A stretch of 64,000 nt of DNA from an uncultured Solirubrobacterales bacterium (GTDB taxonomy: Bacteria > Actinomycetota > Thermoleophilia > Solirubrobacterales > 70-9). The translations under genes and the position numbers were made by a program. The notes under the pieces were generated by a model, which ran no database searches, was not told the DNA's origin, and worked only from the letters and a program-made list of their open reading frames with translations. Shown piece after piece: positions 1 through 9,542 of the stretch; the first letter of the stretch is position 1, and every line of letters begins with the position of its first letter. The stretch is from NCBI GenBank assembly GCA_963802935.1, contig CAWDKO010000009.1:45297-109296 (forward strand). The letters are read 5' to 3'.

Positions 1-2229
1 ATGAGCCAGGGAAAGCCGAGCTACGACGCGGGGCGGATCGAGGCTGCCAGGCAGGCGGTGTGGGAGGCGCGAGGTGACAATCAGGCGCCGCGGCCGGCCG
101 ACGGCCAGGCCCGGGCCTACGTCAAGCCATCGAGCCCCTTCACCTCCGGCAACCTGCACATGGGCCACGTTCGCGACTACTCGATCGGCGATGCCTACGC
201 CCGCTTCCGCCGCGCTCGCGGCGACGCCGTCCTGCTCGGATTCGGTTTCGATGCCTTCGGCCTCCCCGCCGAGCTCGCCGCGATCGAGCGCCAGGAGCCG
301 CCCGCGGACTGGGTCGCGCAGTGCGGCGAGCGCATGCTGGGCCAGATGAAGCGGCTCGGCTTCTCCTTTGACTACGACCGCGTCTTCTACAGCTCCGACG
401 AGGGCCAGTACCGCTGGTCGCAGTGGCTCTTCCTCACCCTGCTGGAGGCCGGTCTGGTCTACCGCGAGGACGCCACCGTCGACTGGTGCGACACCTGTCA
501 GACGACCCTGGCCTCGATCCAGGTCGAGGACGGTCGCTGCTGGCGCTGCCACAACGAGGTGCGACTGATCCGGCGGCCAACCTGGTTCCTGCGGATCACG
601 CCCTATCTGGAGGAGAACGACCGCAACACCGAGCAGCTGCAGAACTGGGACGACCTCTCGCTCTCCACCCAGCGCTACATCCTCGGCCGCAGCGACGGGG
701 TGGAGGTGGATCTCGCCGCCGCCGGCCGCTCGCTGACTGTCTTCAGCCCCCACCCGCAAGCGCTCGCGCAGGCGCGCTTCGTCCTGCTCTCGCCCCGCCA
801 CCCAGAGGTCGAGGCCTGGGCCGGGGCCCCGGAGGTGCGCGAGGAGCTGGAGCGGATGCGCTCCGGTGGCTGGGAGCGCAGCGCCCGCGACGCCCGCTCG
901 GTGCCGATCGTCGATACCGGTGCCTCGATCGCGGGGCCGGGGGACGGAGAGCTGCCGGTCTTCGTCTCGCCCTTGGTCGACGCTCGCTACGGCCCGACGG
1001 CCGCCCTCGGCATCCCGGCGGTCGACGAGGCCGACGCGGAGCTCGGTCGCCGCATGGAGCGCGTGCCGGGCGCGGCAGAGGGTGAGGAGCCGGACGAGGA
1101 GCCGGCGCCGGTCGCCGGCGTCCGCGAGACCAAGCGCTACCGCGCCAACGACTTCTCGATCTCGCGCCAGCGCTCCTGGGGTACCCCGATCCCCGTCATC
1201 CACTGCGATGCCTGCGGAGCCGTGCCGGTGCCCGCGGCCGACCTGCCGGTGGTCCTCCCACGCGACATCGCCCCGACCGGCGAGGGCAACCCGCTCGCCG
1301 AGCGGCCCGACTTCGTCGACGTCGAGTGCCCCCGGTGCGGTGCCGGCGCCAAGCGGGAGACCGACACCCTCGACTGCCACTTCGATGCCCTCTGGCTCTG
1401 GGTGCCGGCGGCGGTGCCCCCGGCGGACCGGGACGAGCAGATGTTCACCCACCCGGACCTGCAGGAGTGGCTGCCGGCCGAGCGCCTCGTGGCCGGGGGA
1501 GACAGCGGCGGCTTCGTCTTCGACCAGCGCATCGTCACCAAGGCCCTTCGCGACATCGGGCCCTTCGGCTTCCTCGAGGACGGCGAGCCGTTTGCCGGCT
1601 GCCTCTTCCACGAGATGGTGATCGCCGAGGGGCGCAAGATGAGCAAGCACCTCGGCAACGTCGTCAACCCCGACGAGCTGGTCGAGCGCTACGGCGCCGA
1701 CACCGTGCGGCTCGCGGTCCTCTACGCGGCCGGCCCGGCCAAGACGCTCAACTGGAGCGACGGGGCGCTGCGTTTCGCCAACCGCTTCCTGCGCAACCTC
1801 TGGACCTACTCGCACGACCGCTTCGCGGCTCTCGAGAACGCCCGCCACGACGCCGAGGCCGCGGCTGACACCGAGTTCATGCGCGACCGCTTGCGCAAAT
1901 GGTGCGAGAACGGTTTGGCCAGGATCACCGACGACGTCGCCGATTTGCAGATGCACAAGGCCGTCCGCGATATCACCCGCCTCTTCGAGCGCATCCAGGA
2001 CTTCGAGAAGCGGGTGGTCAAGCGCCGCGGCCAGCTCGACCGCGCCGATGCCGAGGCACAGATCGCCGCCCTCGCCCTGCTTGCCCAGGCGCTGGCGCCC
2101 TTCGCCCCGCACACGGCCGAGGAGTTGCTGCTCGCCTCCGGGCACTTCGAGGAGTCCGCGCTTCCGGCCCCGTGGCCCGATTCGGCACCGATCCCGATCG
2201 CTGCTGGAGCTTCCGCGGCAACCCCCTGA
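1..2229 (+). CDS. leuS: leucyl-tRNA synthetase, 742 aa
   Basis: HIGH-type motif NLHMGHVRDY, KMSKS-type motif KMSKHLGN, Zn-type Cys pairs (CDTC..CWRC, CDAC..CPRC), CP1 insert present. Confidence 0.9.
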   Translation: MSQGKPSYDAGRIEAARQAVWEARGDNQAPRPADGQARAYVKPSSPFTSGNLHMGHVRDYSIGDAYARFRRARGDAVLLGFGFDAFGLPAELAAIERQEPPADWVAQCGERMLGQMKRLGFSFDYDRVFYSSDEGQYRWSQWLFLTLLEAGLVYREDATVDWCDTCQTTLASIQVEDGRCWRCHNEVRLIRRPTWFLRITPYLEENDRNTEQLQNWDDLSLSTQRYILGRSDGVEVDLAAAGRSLTVFSPHPQALAQARFVLLSPRHPEVEAWAGAPEVREELERMRSGGWERSARDARSVPIVDTGASIAGPGDGELPVFVSPLVDARYGPTAALGIPAVDEADAELGRRMERVPGAAEGEEPDEEPAPVAGVRETKRYRANDFSISRQRSWGTPIPVIHCDACGAVPVPAADLPVVLPRDIAPTGEGNPLAERPDFVDVECPRCGAGAKRETDTLDCHFDALWLWVPAAVPPADRDEQMFTHPDLQEWLPAERLVAGGDSGGFVFDQRIVTKALRDIGPFGFLEDGEPFAGCLFHEMVIAEGRKMSKHLGNVVNPDELVERYGADTVRLAVLYAAGPAKTLNWSDGALRFANRFLRNLWTYSHDRFAALENARHDAEAAADTEFMRDRLRKWCENGLARITDDVADLQMHKAVRDITRLFERIQDFEKRVVKRRGQLDRADAEAQIAALALLAQALAPFAPHTAEELLLASGHFEESALPAPWPDSAPIPIAAGASAATP

Positions 2230-2551
2230 GCCCCAGGGTGACCAAAATCTGCCCGAATAGACAAGGCACCTTGATTGTTACACGAGGTTATGTTATGAAT
2301 GGCCCTGCCGGGCGATCACCGGTGAAGGAGGCGGGGCTCTCATATGGGGAACCGCCTTGGGGTGGCAAAGGAAGGACCTAGCGTGAGCCAGGATCAAGAC
2401 CGTCATCGACGGTTCCTGGTGGCGCCTATACAGACGCCGCCCCGCCTCCCTTCATCGCTCCCACCCCGGCTGGCTGAAGGCTCGGTCGAGCTCCGGCTCG
2501 ACCGGCAATAGCCGCGACGGGCCGCCCAGGGCAAGGGGCGTTCCCGGCGTA

Positions 2552-2812
2552 TCAGCTCGAAGGGGGCCGCTCGACTTCGATCCGGCCCTTCTTCGGGTTC
2601 CAGGAGACGCCCTTGCAGAGCTCGCCGGGGGTGGTCCCGAGGGATCCCGCCAGCTTGACGATCGTCGAGAGCCGGGGCTCACGTCCGGCCCGCTCAAGGA
2701 GCGAGATCTCGGTTCTGTGCAGCTGGCACAGCTCACCCAGGGTTTCCTGGGAGATGCCGGCCTTCGTTCGGGCGCTGCGGAGGTTGGCGGCGAATCGCTC
2801 TTGGGGAGTCAT
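2552..2812 (-). CDS. XRE-family helix-turn-helix transcriptional regulator
   Basis: MTPQERFAANLRSARTKAGISQETLGELCQLHRTEISLLERAGREPRLSTIVKLA is a typical Cro/C1 HTH; start set at the internal Met of ORF 2552..2869. Confidence 0.75.
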   Translation of the reverse strand: MTPQERFAANLRSARTKAGISQETLGELCQLHRTEISLLERAGREPRLSTIVKLAGSLGTTPGELCKGVSWNPKKGRIEVERPPSS

Positions 2813-3050
2813 GGCGGGCGGGTTACTTCGAGCTGAAGACAGCAACTTTACAGACAGAAGGGTTCGCAATCAAGCACGGGATCGCGGTTCCGCTACCTTC
2901 TCGCAGGGAAGAGGAAGACGGATCACCGAATCTTTACGCAGAAAGCATTGAGCGCCACCAGCCTATGTGTTATACCCGTGCGACCATTGGACGAGTGTCG
3001 ATTCTGGCCAGCGCCCTGAGGGCGAACCAGGCGGCGGCAAAGGAGGAGTC

Positions 3051-4361
3051 ATGAGCGACGCGGTCGATCCGCATCTGGGCGGGCCGGAGGGCCCCGAACC
3101 AGCTCCTGCGCCACCGAACTCGTCTGCCGCGACTGCGGTTACCGCACGCCGCTGCTCGACACCGCCTTCAAGTGCCCCGCCTGCGGCGAGGGCCTCGACG
3201 TCGACTACGACTACGAGCGTGCCAAGGCACTTATCGCCGAGCGCGACCTTGCCGATCGGCCGCAGAACATCTGGCGCTTCGAGGAGCTGCTGCCGATCGT
3301 CTCGCAGCGCGCCCAGGCCAAAGTGGGGCTGTTCGCCGGTCAGACCCCGCTGATCCGCGCCGACCGCCTCGGGGCCGAGCTCGGGCTGAAGAACCTCTAT
3401 CTCAAGGACGACTCGACCAACCGCCCGACGCTCTCCTACAAGGACCGCGTGGTCGGGATGGCGATCGCCCGCCTCCTGGAGCTGGGTAAGGACGAGGTCG
3501 GTTGCGTCTCCACCGGCAACGTCGGCACCGCCGTCGCGGCGCTCGCCGCCAAGGCCGGCGCCACCGCTTACATCTTCTACCCCGGGAACATGGAGAAGGG
3601 GAAGGCGAAGGCCTGTCGGGCGCTCGGCGCCCAGGTCTGCCAGCTGGACGGCAACTACGACCAGGCAAATCGGGCCTGCCGTGAGCTTTCCCTCGCGAGC
3701 GGGATCCAGTTCGCGAACATCACCCTGCGCCCGTTCTATGCGGAGGGCGCGAAGACGATGGCCTTCGAGGTCGTCGAGCAGCTCGGCTGGACGGCGCCCG
3801 ACCACTTCGTGATCCCGGCGGCGGGGGGGCCTCTCCTCCCGCGTCCACAAGGGCCTCAACGAGCTCGAGGTGGTCGGCTTGGCCGAGACGGCCGCGACCA
3901 AGATCAACATCGCCCAGGCGGGCGGTTGCGGACCGATCGCCACGGCCATCCTCGAGGGCGGCGAGATCGTCCCGCAGACGCCCGACACGGCCGCCCACTC
4001 GCTTGCGATCGGCGCCCCCGGCGATGGCACCCTGGTGCTCGACGCCGTGCGCACCCGCGAGGGCTCGGCGGCGATGCCAAGCGACGAGGAGATCTTCGCC
4101 GCGATCGACCTCTTGGGGGCGACCGAGGGCATCCTCACCGAGCCCGCCGGCGGCACCACGATCGCCGCCACCGCGAGGCTTGCCGCGCAGGGCAAGTTGG
4201 GTGCGGAGGAGACCGTCGTCGCTGTGATCAGCGGCAACGGACTCAAGACCCTTCAGGAGCATCCCGACAAGCCGTGGCCGGAAATGGTCGCCTGCAACGT
4301 CGAGACGATGGGAGCGATGCTCACCGAGTTTCGCCAGGCAGCCGCCGCCGCGCTGCACTAG
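3051..4361 (+). pseudogene. thrC: threonine synthase (PLP-dependent, N-terminal Zn-ribbon type) split over three frames
   Basis: ATG 3051 with AGGAGG RBS is in frame 0. Zn ribbon CRDCGYR..CPACGEG and the PLP-Lys region LSYKDRV are in frame 2. The C-terminal half (3870..4361) is back in frame 0. The second shift is at the G7 run 3823-3829. Confidence 0.8.
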
Positions 4362-4386
4362 AGAAGCCCTTAGCCCGACCCCCTCC

Positions 4387-5946
4387 CTAAGCCCGAATCC
4401 GCGCCTCCTCGAGGTCCAGGTCGCGCTCGATCTGGCGCATCGTCACGTTGCGCAGGCGTTCGCCGCCGCGCAGTTCCAGCAGGATCTCGCGCTCGACCCC
4501 GATCAGCTCGCGCCGCAGGGCGCCGTAGTCGGCGAGGCGCTGCTCACGGGCGATCACCTCCGGATCCTCTCCTCCCAGCACCTGCTGGCACATGCGGAAG
4601 CGGGCCCGATAGAGGTCGCGCAGGCGCTGCAGCTGCGAGTTCGAGGCGCGCTCCTCGTCCTCGATCTCGTCGATCCGGTCCAGCGCCGCCTGGGCGGCCT
4701 CCATCCGCGCCACCGCCTCTTCGTCGCTCCAGCGGCGCGGCTCCTCCAGCCGCAACTTGCGGATCGCGAACGGCAGCGAGAGGCCCTGGCCGACCAGGGT
4801 GATGAGGATCAGGGCGAAGGTGATGAAGATGAGCTGGGGGCGGTCGGAGACGCTGAGCGGGACCGCCAGCGCGGCGGCGAGCGAGACGGCGCCGCGCATG
4901 CCGCTCCAGCCGACCGCGAAGCGCTCGCCGGGCGTCTCCCCGGCACTGGAGCCCATCGCGAACACGAAGGCGAGGCGGAGGCCGATCGAGGCCGCCGCGA
5001 TCGCCGCGATCGGCACCAGCAGCTCGCCGATCCCGGACGAGCTCGCCTCCAGGGAGTCGACGATCCCCGGCAGCTGCACGCCGAGCAGGACGAAGAGGGC
5101 GGTCTCGAGCGTGAAGATGAGGACGTTCCAGAAGGCGACCGCGCTGAGGCGGGTGTCGGCGTCGACCGCGCGCGGCGACTGGTAGCCGCCGTAGAGGCCG
5201 GCGACGACGGCGGCGAGGATGCCGGAGACGCCGACCTCCTCGGCGCCGATGTAGGCGCCGTAGGCGGTCAGCACGGTGAGGACGACGACCAGGCTGGCGT
5301 CGGCCTGGCGGCGGATGACGAGGATCGAGAAGGCCCCGACGAGCAGCCCGACGAGGATGCCGCCGGCGGCGACGAAAAGGAATTCCAGGGTTGCGTCTCC
5401 GAGCGCGAAGGCGCCGCCGGCGGCGACGCCGATCGCGATCCGGTAGATCACCAGCGCGGTGCCGTCGTTGATCATCGACTCGCCTTCGACCAGCAGGCGC
5501 ACCCGCTGGGGGCCGCCGATGCGGCGGAAGACGGCGATCGCGGCGACGGCGTCGGTCGGCGCCAGGATCGCTCCCAGGACCGCCGCCTCGGCCCAGCCCA
5601 GGTCGGGGACCAGGGCGTGGGCGACAAGCGCCACCAGGCCGGCGGTGAGGAAGACGAGGGCTATGGAGAGCAGGCCGAGCGGCTTCATCACCGTGCGCAG
5701 CTCACGCGGCGAGGTGCGCCAGCCGGCGGAGAAGACCAGCGGCGGCAGGAAGACGAGGAAGATCGTGTCCGGATCCAGCTCGATCTCCGGCAATCCCGGC
5801 AGGAAGGCGATCGCGAGGCCGCCGAGCACGAGCACGATCGGCGCCGGCACGTTGCCGTACTCGGCGACGCGGACCAGCAGCGTCGCCGCCAGCATCAGGA
5901 TCAGGATCGACTCGATGTGGTTCATCTGGGCATAGCATCCTGTCAA
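4387..5946 (-). CDS. Na+/H+ antiporter, CPA1 (NhaP-like) family with cytoplasmic C-terminal tail
   Basis: 519-aa ORF with about 11-12 hydrophobic segments and a sodium/hydrogen exchanger-like core; start could be the internal Met at 5925. Confidence 0.85.
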   Translation of the reverse strand: MTGCYAQMNHIESILILMLAATLLVRVAEYGNVPAPIVLVLGGLAIAFLPGLPEIELDPDTIFLVFLPPLVFSAGWRTSPRELRTVMKPLGLLSIALVFLTAGLVALVAHALVPDLGWAEAAVLGAILAPTDAVAAIAVFRRIGGPQRVRLLVEGESMINDGTALVIYRIAIGVAAGGAFALGDATLEFLFVAAGGILVGLLVGAFSILVIRRQADASLVVVLTVLTAYGAYIGAEEVGVSGILAAVVAGLYGGYQSPRAVDADTRLSAVAFWNVLIFTLETALFVLLGVQLPGIVDSLEASSSGIGELLVPIAAIAAASIGLRLAFVFAMGSSAGETPGERFAVGWSGMRGAVSLAAALAVPLSVSDRPQLIFITFALILITLVGQGLSLPFAIRKLRLEEPRRWSDEEAVARMEAAQAALDRIDEIEDEERASNSQLQRLRDLYRARFRMCQQVLGGEDPEVIAREQRLADYGALRRELIGVEREILLELRGGERLRNVTMRQIERDLDLEEARIRA

Positions 5947-6482
5947 TGGACGCGACGCTCACCCCTCCGCTCGAGGAGATCGACCACACTCGTGGTGAGC
6001 TGGGGAGACCGTTGGAGCTGGTGATGTTCGGCGATTTCCAGTGCCCCTTCTGCCTCGGCGCCCAGTCGGTGCTGCGTCGGGTGCACGAGCGACTCGGCGA
6101 GCGTCTGGTCTTCGCCTTCCGTCACCTGCCGATCCCCGAGCGCCATCCGCTGGCGCCATTGGCGGCCGAAGCCAGCGAGGCAGCCGCCGCGCAGGGACAG
6201 TTCTGGGAGTACCACGACGCCCTCTTCGCGGCCCAGCCGAAGCTCTCGCCCGAGACGATTCTGGCGGTGGGGAAGGAGCTCGGCCTCGACGCCGAGCGGA
6301 TCGCGGCGGAGCTGGACTCCGGCGCCCATCGCGAGCGCGTCGAGCGTGACCTTCGCTCAGCCGAGCAGAGCGGCGCGACCGGCACGCCGACTTTCTTCGT
6401 CAACGGCGCCCGGCTCTACGGTGCCTACGACGCGTCCTCGCTGGTCGAGGCGCTCGAGGGCGAGCAGGCAGACAGCGTCTGA
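5946..6482 (+). CDS. DsbA-family thioredoxin-fold protein
   Basis: CPFC active-site motif (FGDFQCPFC) and C-terminal GTPTFFVNG typical of DsbA/thioredoxin_4. Confidence 0.75.
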   Translation: MDATLTPPLEEIDHTRGELGRPLELVMFGDFQCPFCLGAQSVLRRVHERLGERLVFAFRHLPIPERHPLAPLAAEASEAAAAQGQFWEYHDALFAAQPKLSPETILAVGKELGLDAERIAAELDSGAHRERVERDLRSAEQSGATGTPTFFVNGARLYGAYDASSLVEALEGEQADSV

Positions 6483-6506
6483 CCCGCCTGTATACTCGCC
6501 CGCGCT

Positions 6507-7757
6507 TTGAGTCCTCAGCGAAGTTCAACTCGCAAGGGAGGCGTGGCCGCCGCCCTCGTTCTTCTCGTCCTCCTGGTCACCCCGGCGAGCGCCCTGGCGG
6601 CGAACGGCTCGATCGCGGGAACCGTCACCGCGACTGCGGGTGGCGCCCTGCTGACCGAAATCGAAGTCTGCGCCTACGAACTGGGCGAAGAAGAAATCTT
6701 CGAATGCGCTGAAACGGATTTTGACGGCACCTACTCGATCGAGGGCCTGGCGCCGGCCGATTACAAAGTCGAATTCTGGCCGCCGGCGGGCGTGAACCTC
6801 TCCCCCGAGTACTACGACAACAAGACCTCCTGGTCAGACGCGGACCTCGTCGGGGTCGCCGACGGCGCCGAAACTCCCGGCATCGATGCGGCGCTCGAGG
6901 AAGGCGGTTGGATCGAAGGCCAGGTGGTCGATGCGGGGACCAAACTCGGCCTCGAAGAGATCGTCGCCTGCGCCTTCCCGATCGACGAAACGGGCTTCGG
7001 GCGTTGCGCGGTGACCGCTGCCGACGGCAGCTACGAGATCCTCGGGCTGCGAACCGATTCCTACGAAGTCGGATTCTTCCCCTTGGAAGAAGAAGGCGAG
7101 TACCTCTCTCAGTACTACGACGGCAAGTCATTCTGGTTCGAAGCGACCCCTGTGCTCGTCACCGCCGGCGCGGGCGTGGACGAAATCGACGCCGCGCTGC
7201 AGAAAGCGGGGCGGGTCGCCGGCACCGTGACCGACGCGCTCAGCAGCGCCGGCGTCGGCTCCAGCCTGGTCTGCCTGCTCGACGCATTCGAAGGCGAAAT
7301 CTTCGAATGCGACTTCACCGGGCCGGGTGGCAAATACGAGATCGGAGAAGTGCCGGCCGGCACCTACAAGGCCTGGTTCTCTCCGGACATCCCGGAATGG
7401 GAACTCGAAGACGACTACTTCCAGCAGTTCTACAACGGCAAACCGAGCTTCGCCCAGGCCAACCCGATCGCGGTCGGGTCCGGCGCGGTCGTTTCCGGGA
7501 TCGACGCGCGCCTGGTCAGCCGCAAAGCACCGCCCTCGGCGGCGCGGCCGGTCACGCCGCCGGCGATCACGGCGCCCGTCAAACCGCGTCCGCCGATCGT
7601 GAAGCGGTGCCCCAAAGGGAAGCGAAAGGTGAAAAGGAACGGCAAAGTCCGGTGCGTGAAGAAGGGCAAGCGCAAGAAGCACGAGGGGCGCGCTGCGGGC
7701 CGGGCGAACACCGAGCGCCAGGTTGCCGGCCGGCCTCTGGTCCCACATCGGCCCTGA
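6507..7757 (+). CDS. secreted protein, 3 CarboxypepD_reg-like beta-sandwich repeats plus Pro-rich linker plus polybasic Cys-containing C-terminal tail
   Basis: Signal peptide LVLLVLLVTPASALA; three repeats of G.V....G..L....V.A......F.C..T...G.Y.I..L....Y.V.F; tail KRCPKGKRKVKRNGKVRCVKKGKRKKH. Confidence 0.6.
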   Translation: MSPQRSSTRKGGVAAALVLLVLLVTPASALAANGSIAGTVTATAGGALLTEIEVCAYELGEEEIFECAETDFDGTYSIEGLAPADYKVEFWPPAGVNLSPEYYDNKTSWSDADLVGVADGAETPGIDAALEEGGWIEGQVVDAGTKLGLEEIVACAFPIDETGFGRCAVTAADGSYEILGLRTDSYEVGFFPLEEEGEYLSQYYDGKSFWFEATPVLVTAGAGVDEIDAALQKAGRVAGTVTDALSSAGVGSSLVCLLDAFEGEIFECDFTGPGGKYEIGEVPAGTYKAWFSPDIPEWELEDDYFQQFYNGKPSFAQANPIAVGSGAVVSGIDARLVSRKAPPSAARPVTPPAITAPVKPRPPIVKRCPKGKRKVKRNGKVRCVKKGKRKKHEGRAAGRANTERQVAGRPLVPHRP

Positions 7758-7824
7758 GGGCCGCGAACCGGGCACCGCAACTGCGCTCGTGCCGGCAAAC
7801 CGGTCCAAACGAGGGGAGACTTTG

Positions 7825-9024
7825 GTGGCAAGGGTGCGCTTGGTGACGATCGCGGTGGCGCTGTGCGGGGCGTTGGGGATGGCAGTGCCTTCGCTGGCGG
7901 CTGCGGGCTCGATCTCGGGGACGGTCAGCGCGGAAGGCGGCGGCCCGATCCAGGGCGTCGAAGTGTGCACTCAGCCCGAGCCGTTCTCCTTCGAATCCCC
8001 CTGTGCCCAGACGAACGGCAGCGGCGCCTACAAAATCGACGGGCTGCCCGGGGCCTCCTACCACGTCGCCTTTTTCACCTACGTCAACGACCTCAACTAC
8101 GTCCCCGAGTCCTGGAACGACCAGCCGCTGAACCTCGCGGGTGGCGATCTCGTCCCGGTCGGCGCCACACAGGACGTGACCGGGATCGACGCCGAACTGG
8201 AGGAAGGCGGCATCATCGAAGGCAGCGCCGAAGACGGCGAAACCCACGGGTCCGCAGTCGGCGTCGAAGTCTGCGCGTCGAGCTTCTCCCCGGTCGAATC
8301 GTTCGCCTGTGGGATCACCGGCTCCGACGGCAGCTACGCGATCAACGCGCTGACGACGGGCGAATACACGGTCAGCTTCGAAGGCGGGAACAACGCCAAC
8401 TACCTGCGTCGCTGGTACGACGAAGCGGAATTCTCCTCGGGCGCGACTGAGGTGCCGCTGACCGCCGGCGACACCGTGACCGGGATCGACGCGGTGCTGC
8501 AGCCGGGCTCCCAGGTCCTCGGCCGGGTTACCGAAGCTGGGACGGGTGTCTCTCTGAAAGACGTCGAGGTCTGCGTGTATGACCCGCTGAAAGTCCCCTC
8601 GGTCGAATACGCCGGGCCCTGCGACTGGACCGACTCGGCCGGGAACTACGCGATCCGCAGCCTGCCCGCGAGCACCTACAAGGTCGTCTTCTCGCAGGAA
8701 CCCAACAGCCCGGAATTCATCCTCGACGACACCTACTTCGAGCAGTGGTGGCGGGGGGCGGCGTCGGTGAACGAGGCGACGCCGATCGCGCTTACGCCGC
8801 CGCAGGCGGCGATCGGGATCGACGCCCAGCTGGTGAACATGATCCAGAGGCCGAAACCCGACCCGATCCAGGTCTCGTTCGTCCCCCGGCCGCAGCCGCC
8901 GAAATCGCCGAAGAAGTGCAAGAAGGGCTTCCACAAGAAGAAGGTCAAAGGCAAGAAGCGCTGCGTGCGCAAGCACAAGAAACACGGCAAGCACCACCGC
9001 CAGGGCGGCAAGCGCAGCGGGTGA
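7825..9024 (+). CDS. paralogous secreted CarboxypepD_reg-like repeat protein with polybasic Cys-containing C-terminal tail
   Basis: GTG 7825 (or TTG 7822) after GAGGGGAG; signal peptide [21 protein letters not shown]; same repeat pattern; tail [25 protein letters not shown]. Confidence 0.6.
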   Translation: MARVRLVTIAVALCGALGMAVPSLAAAGSISGTVSAEGGGPIQGVEVCTQPEPFSFESPCAQTNGSGAYKIDGLPGASYHVAFFTYVNDLNYVPESWNDQPLNLAGGDLVPVGATQDVTGIDAELEEGGIIEGSAEDGETHGSAVGVEVCASSFSPVESFACGITGSDGSYAINALTTGEYTVSFEGGNNANYLRRWYDEAEFSSGATEVPLTAGDTVTGIDAVLQPGSQVLGRVTEAGTGVSLKDVEVCVYDPLKVPSVEYAGPCDWTDSAGNYAIRSLPASTYKVVFSQEPNSPEFILDDTYFEQWWRGAASVNEATPIALTPPQAAIGIDAQLVNMIQRPKPDPIQVSFVPRPQPPKSPKKCKKGFHKKKVKGKKRCVRKHKKHGKHHRQGGKRSG

Positions 9025-9458
9025 GAGCCCTCGTCCAGCGCGTCAGCCAGGCGGCAGTCGACGTCGAGGGAGAGCGCGTCGCCCAGATCGGCCCCGGGAT
9101 GCTGGTCCTGCTCGGGGTCGGCGTCGGGGACGGGGAGGAGGAGGCGGACCGGCTCGCGGACAAGGTCCACGCGCTGCGCATCTTCGACGACCCCGAGGGG
9201 AAGATGAACGAGCCGCTCGGCGCGCGCGAGATCCTCTGCGTCAGCCAGTTCACCCTCTACGGGGACGCCCGCAAGGGCAACCGGCCCAGCTACGTGCAGG
9301 CGGCCCGGCCGGAGGTCGCGGAGCCGCTGTATGACCGCTTCTGCGTGCGCCTCGGCGCCAGGAAGGGCGTGTTCGGCGCTTGCATGGGGGTTGCGCTGGT
9401 CAACGACGGTCCGGTGACGCTGATGGTTGAGACCACCGCCGAGGTGCCTCAAACTTAA
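9021..9458 (+). CDS. dtd: D-aminoacyl-tRNA deacylase
   Basis: [13 protein letters not shown]...[10 protein letters not shown]...[14 protein letters not shown]...NDGPVT are Dtd hallmarks; GTG start overlaps the upstream stop. Confidence 0.9.
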   Translation: MRALVQRVSQAAVDVEGERVAQIGPGMLVLLGVGVGDGEEEADRLADKVHALRIFDDPEGKMNEPLGAREILCVSQFTLYGDARKGNRPSYVQAARPEVAEPLYDRFCVRLGARKGVFGACMGVALVNDGPVTLMVETTAEVPQT

Positions 9459-9542
9459 ATATACTGATTTTTCTCACATAAACGTCCAAATATCGGGTAA
9501 AACTTCAAGGGTTGGCTGGCGTACCCAAATTCGGAGGCGTTT

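Noticed and set aside
2360-2400. Possible SRP (4.5S) RNA because of AAGGAAGGACC / AGCCAGGAUC strings
   Set aside because: It does not contain the conserved domain IV consensus (..GGUCCGGAAGGAAGCAGCC..).
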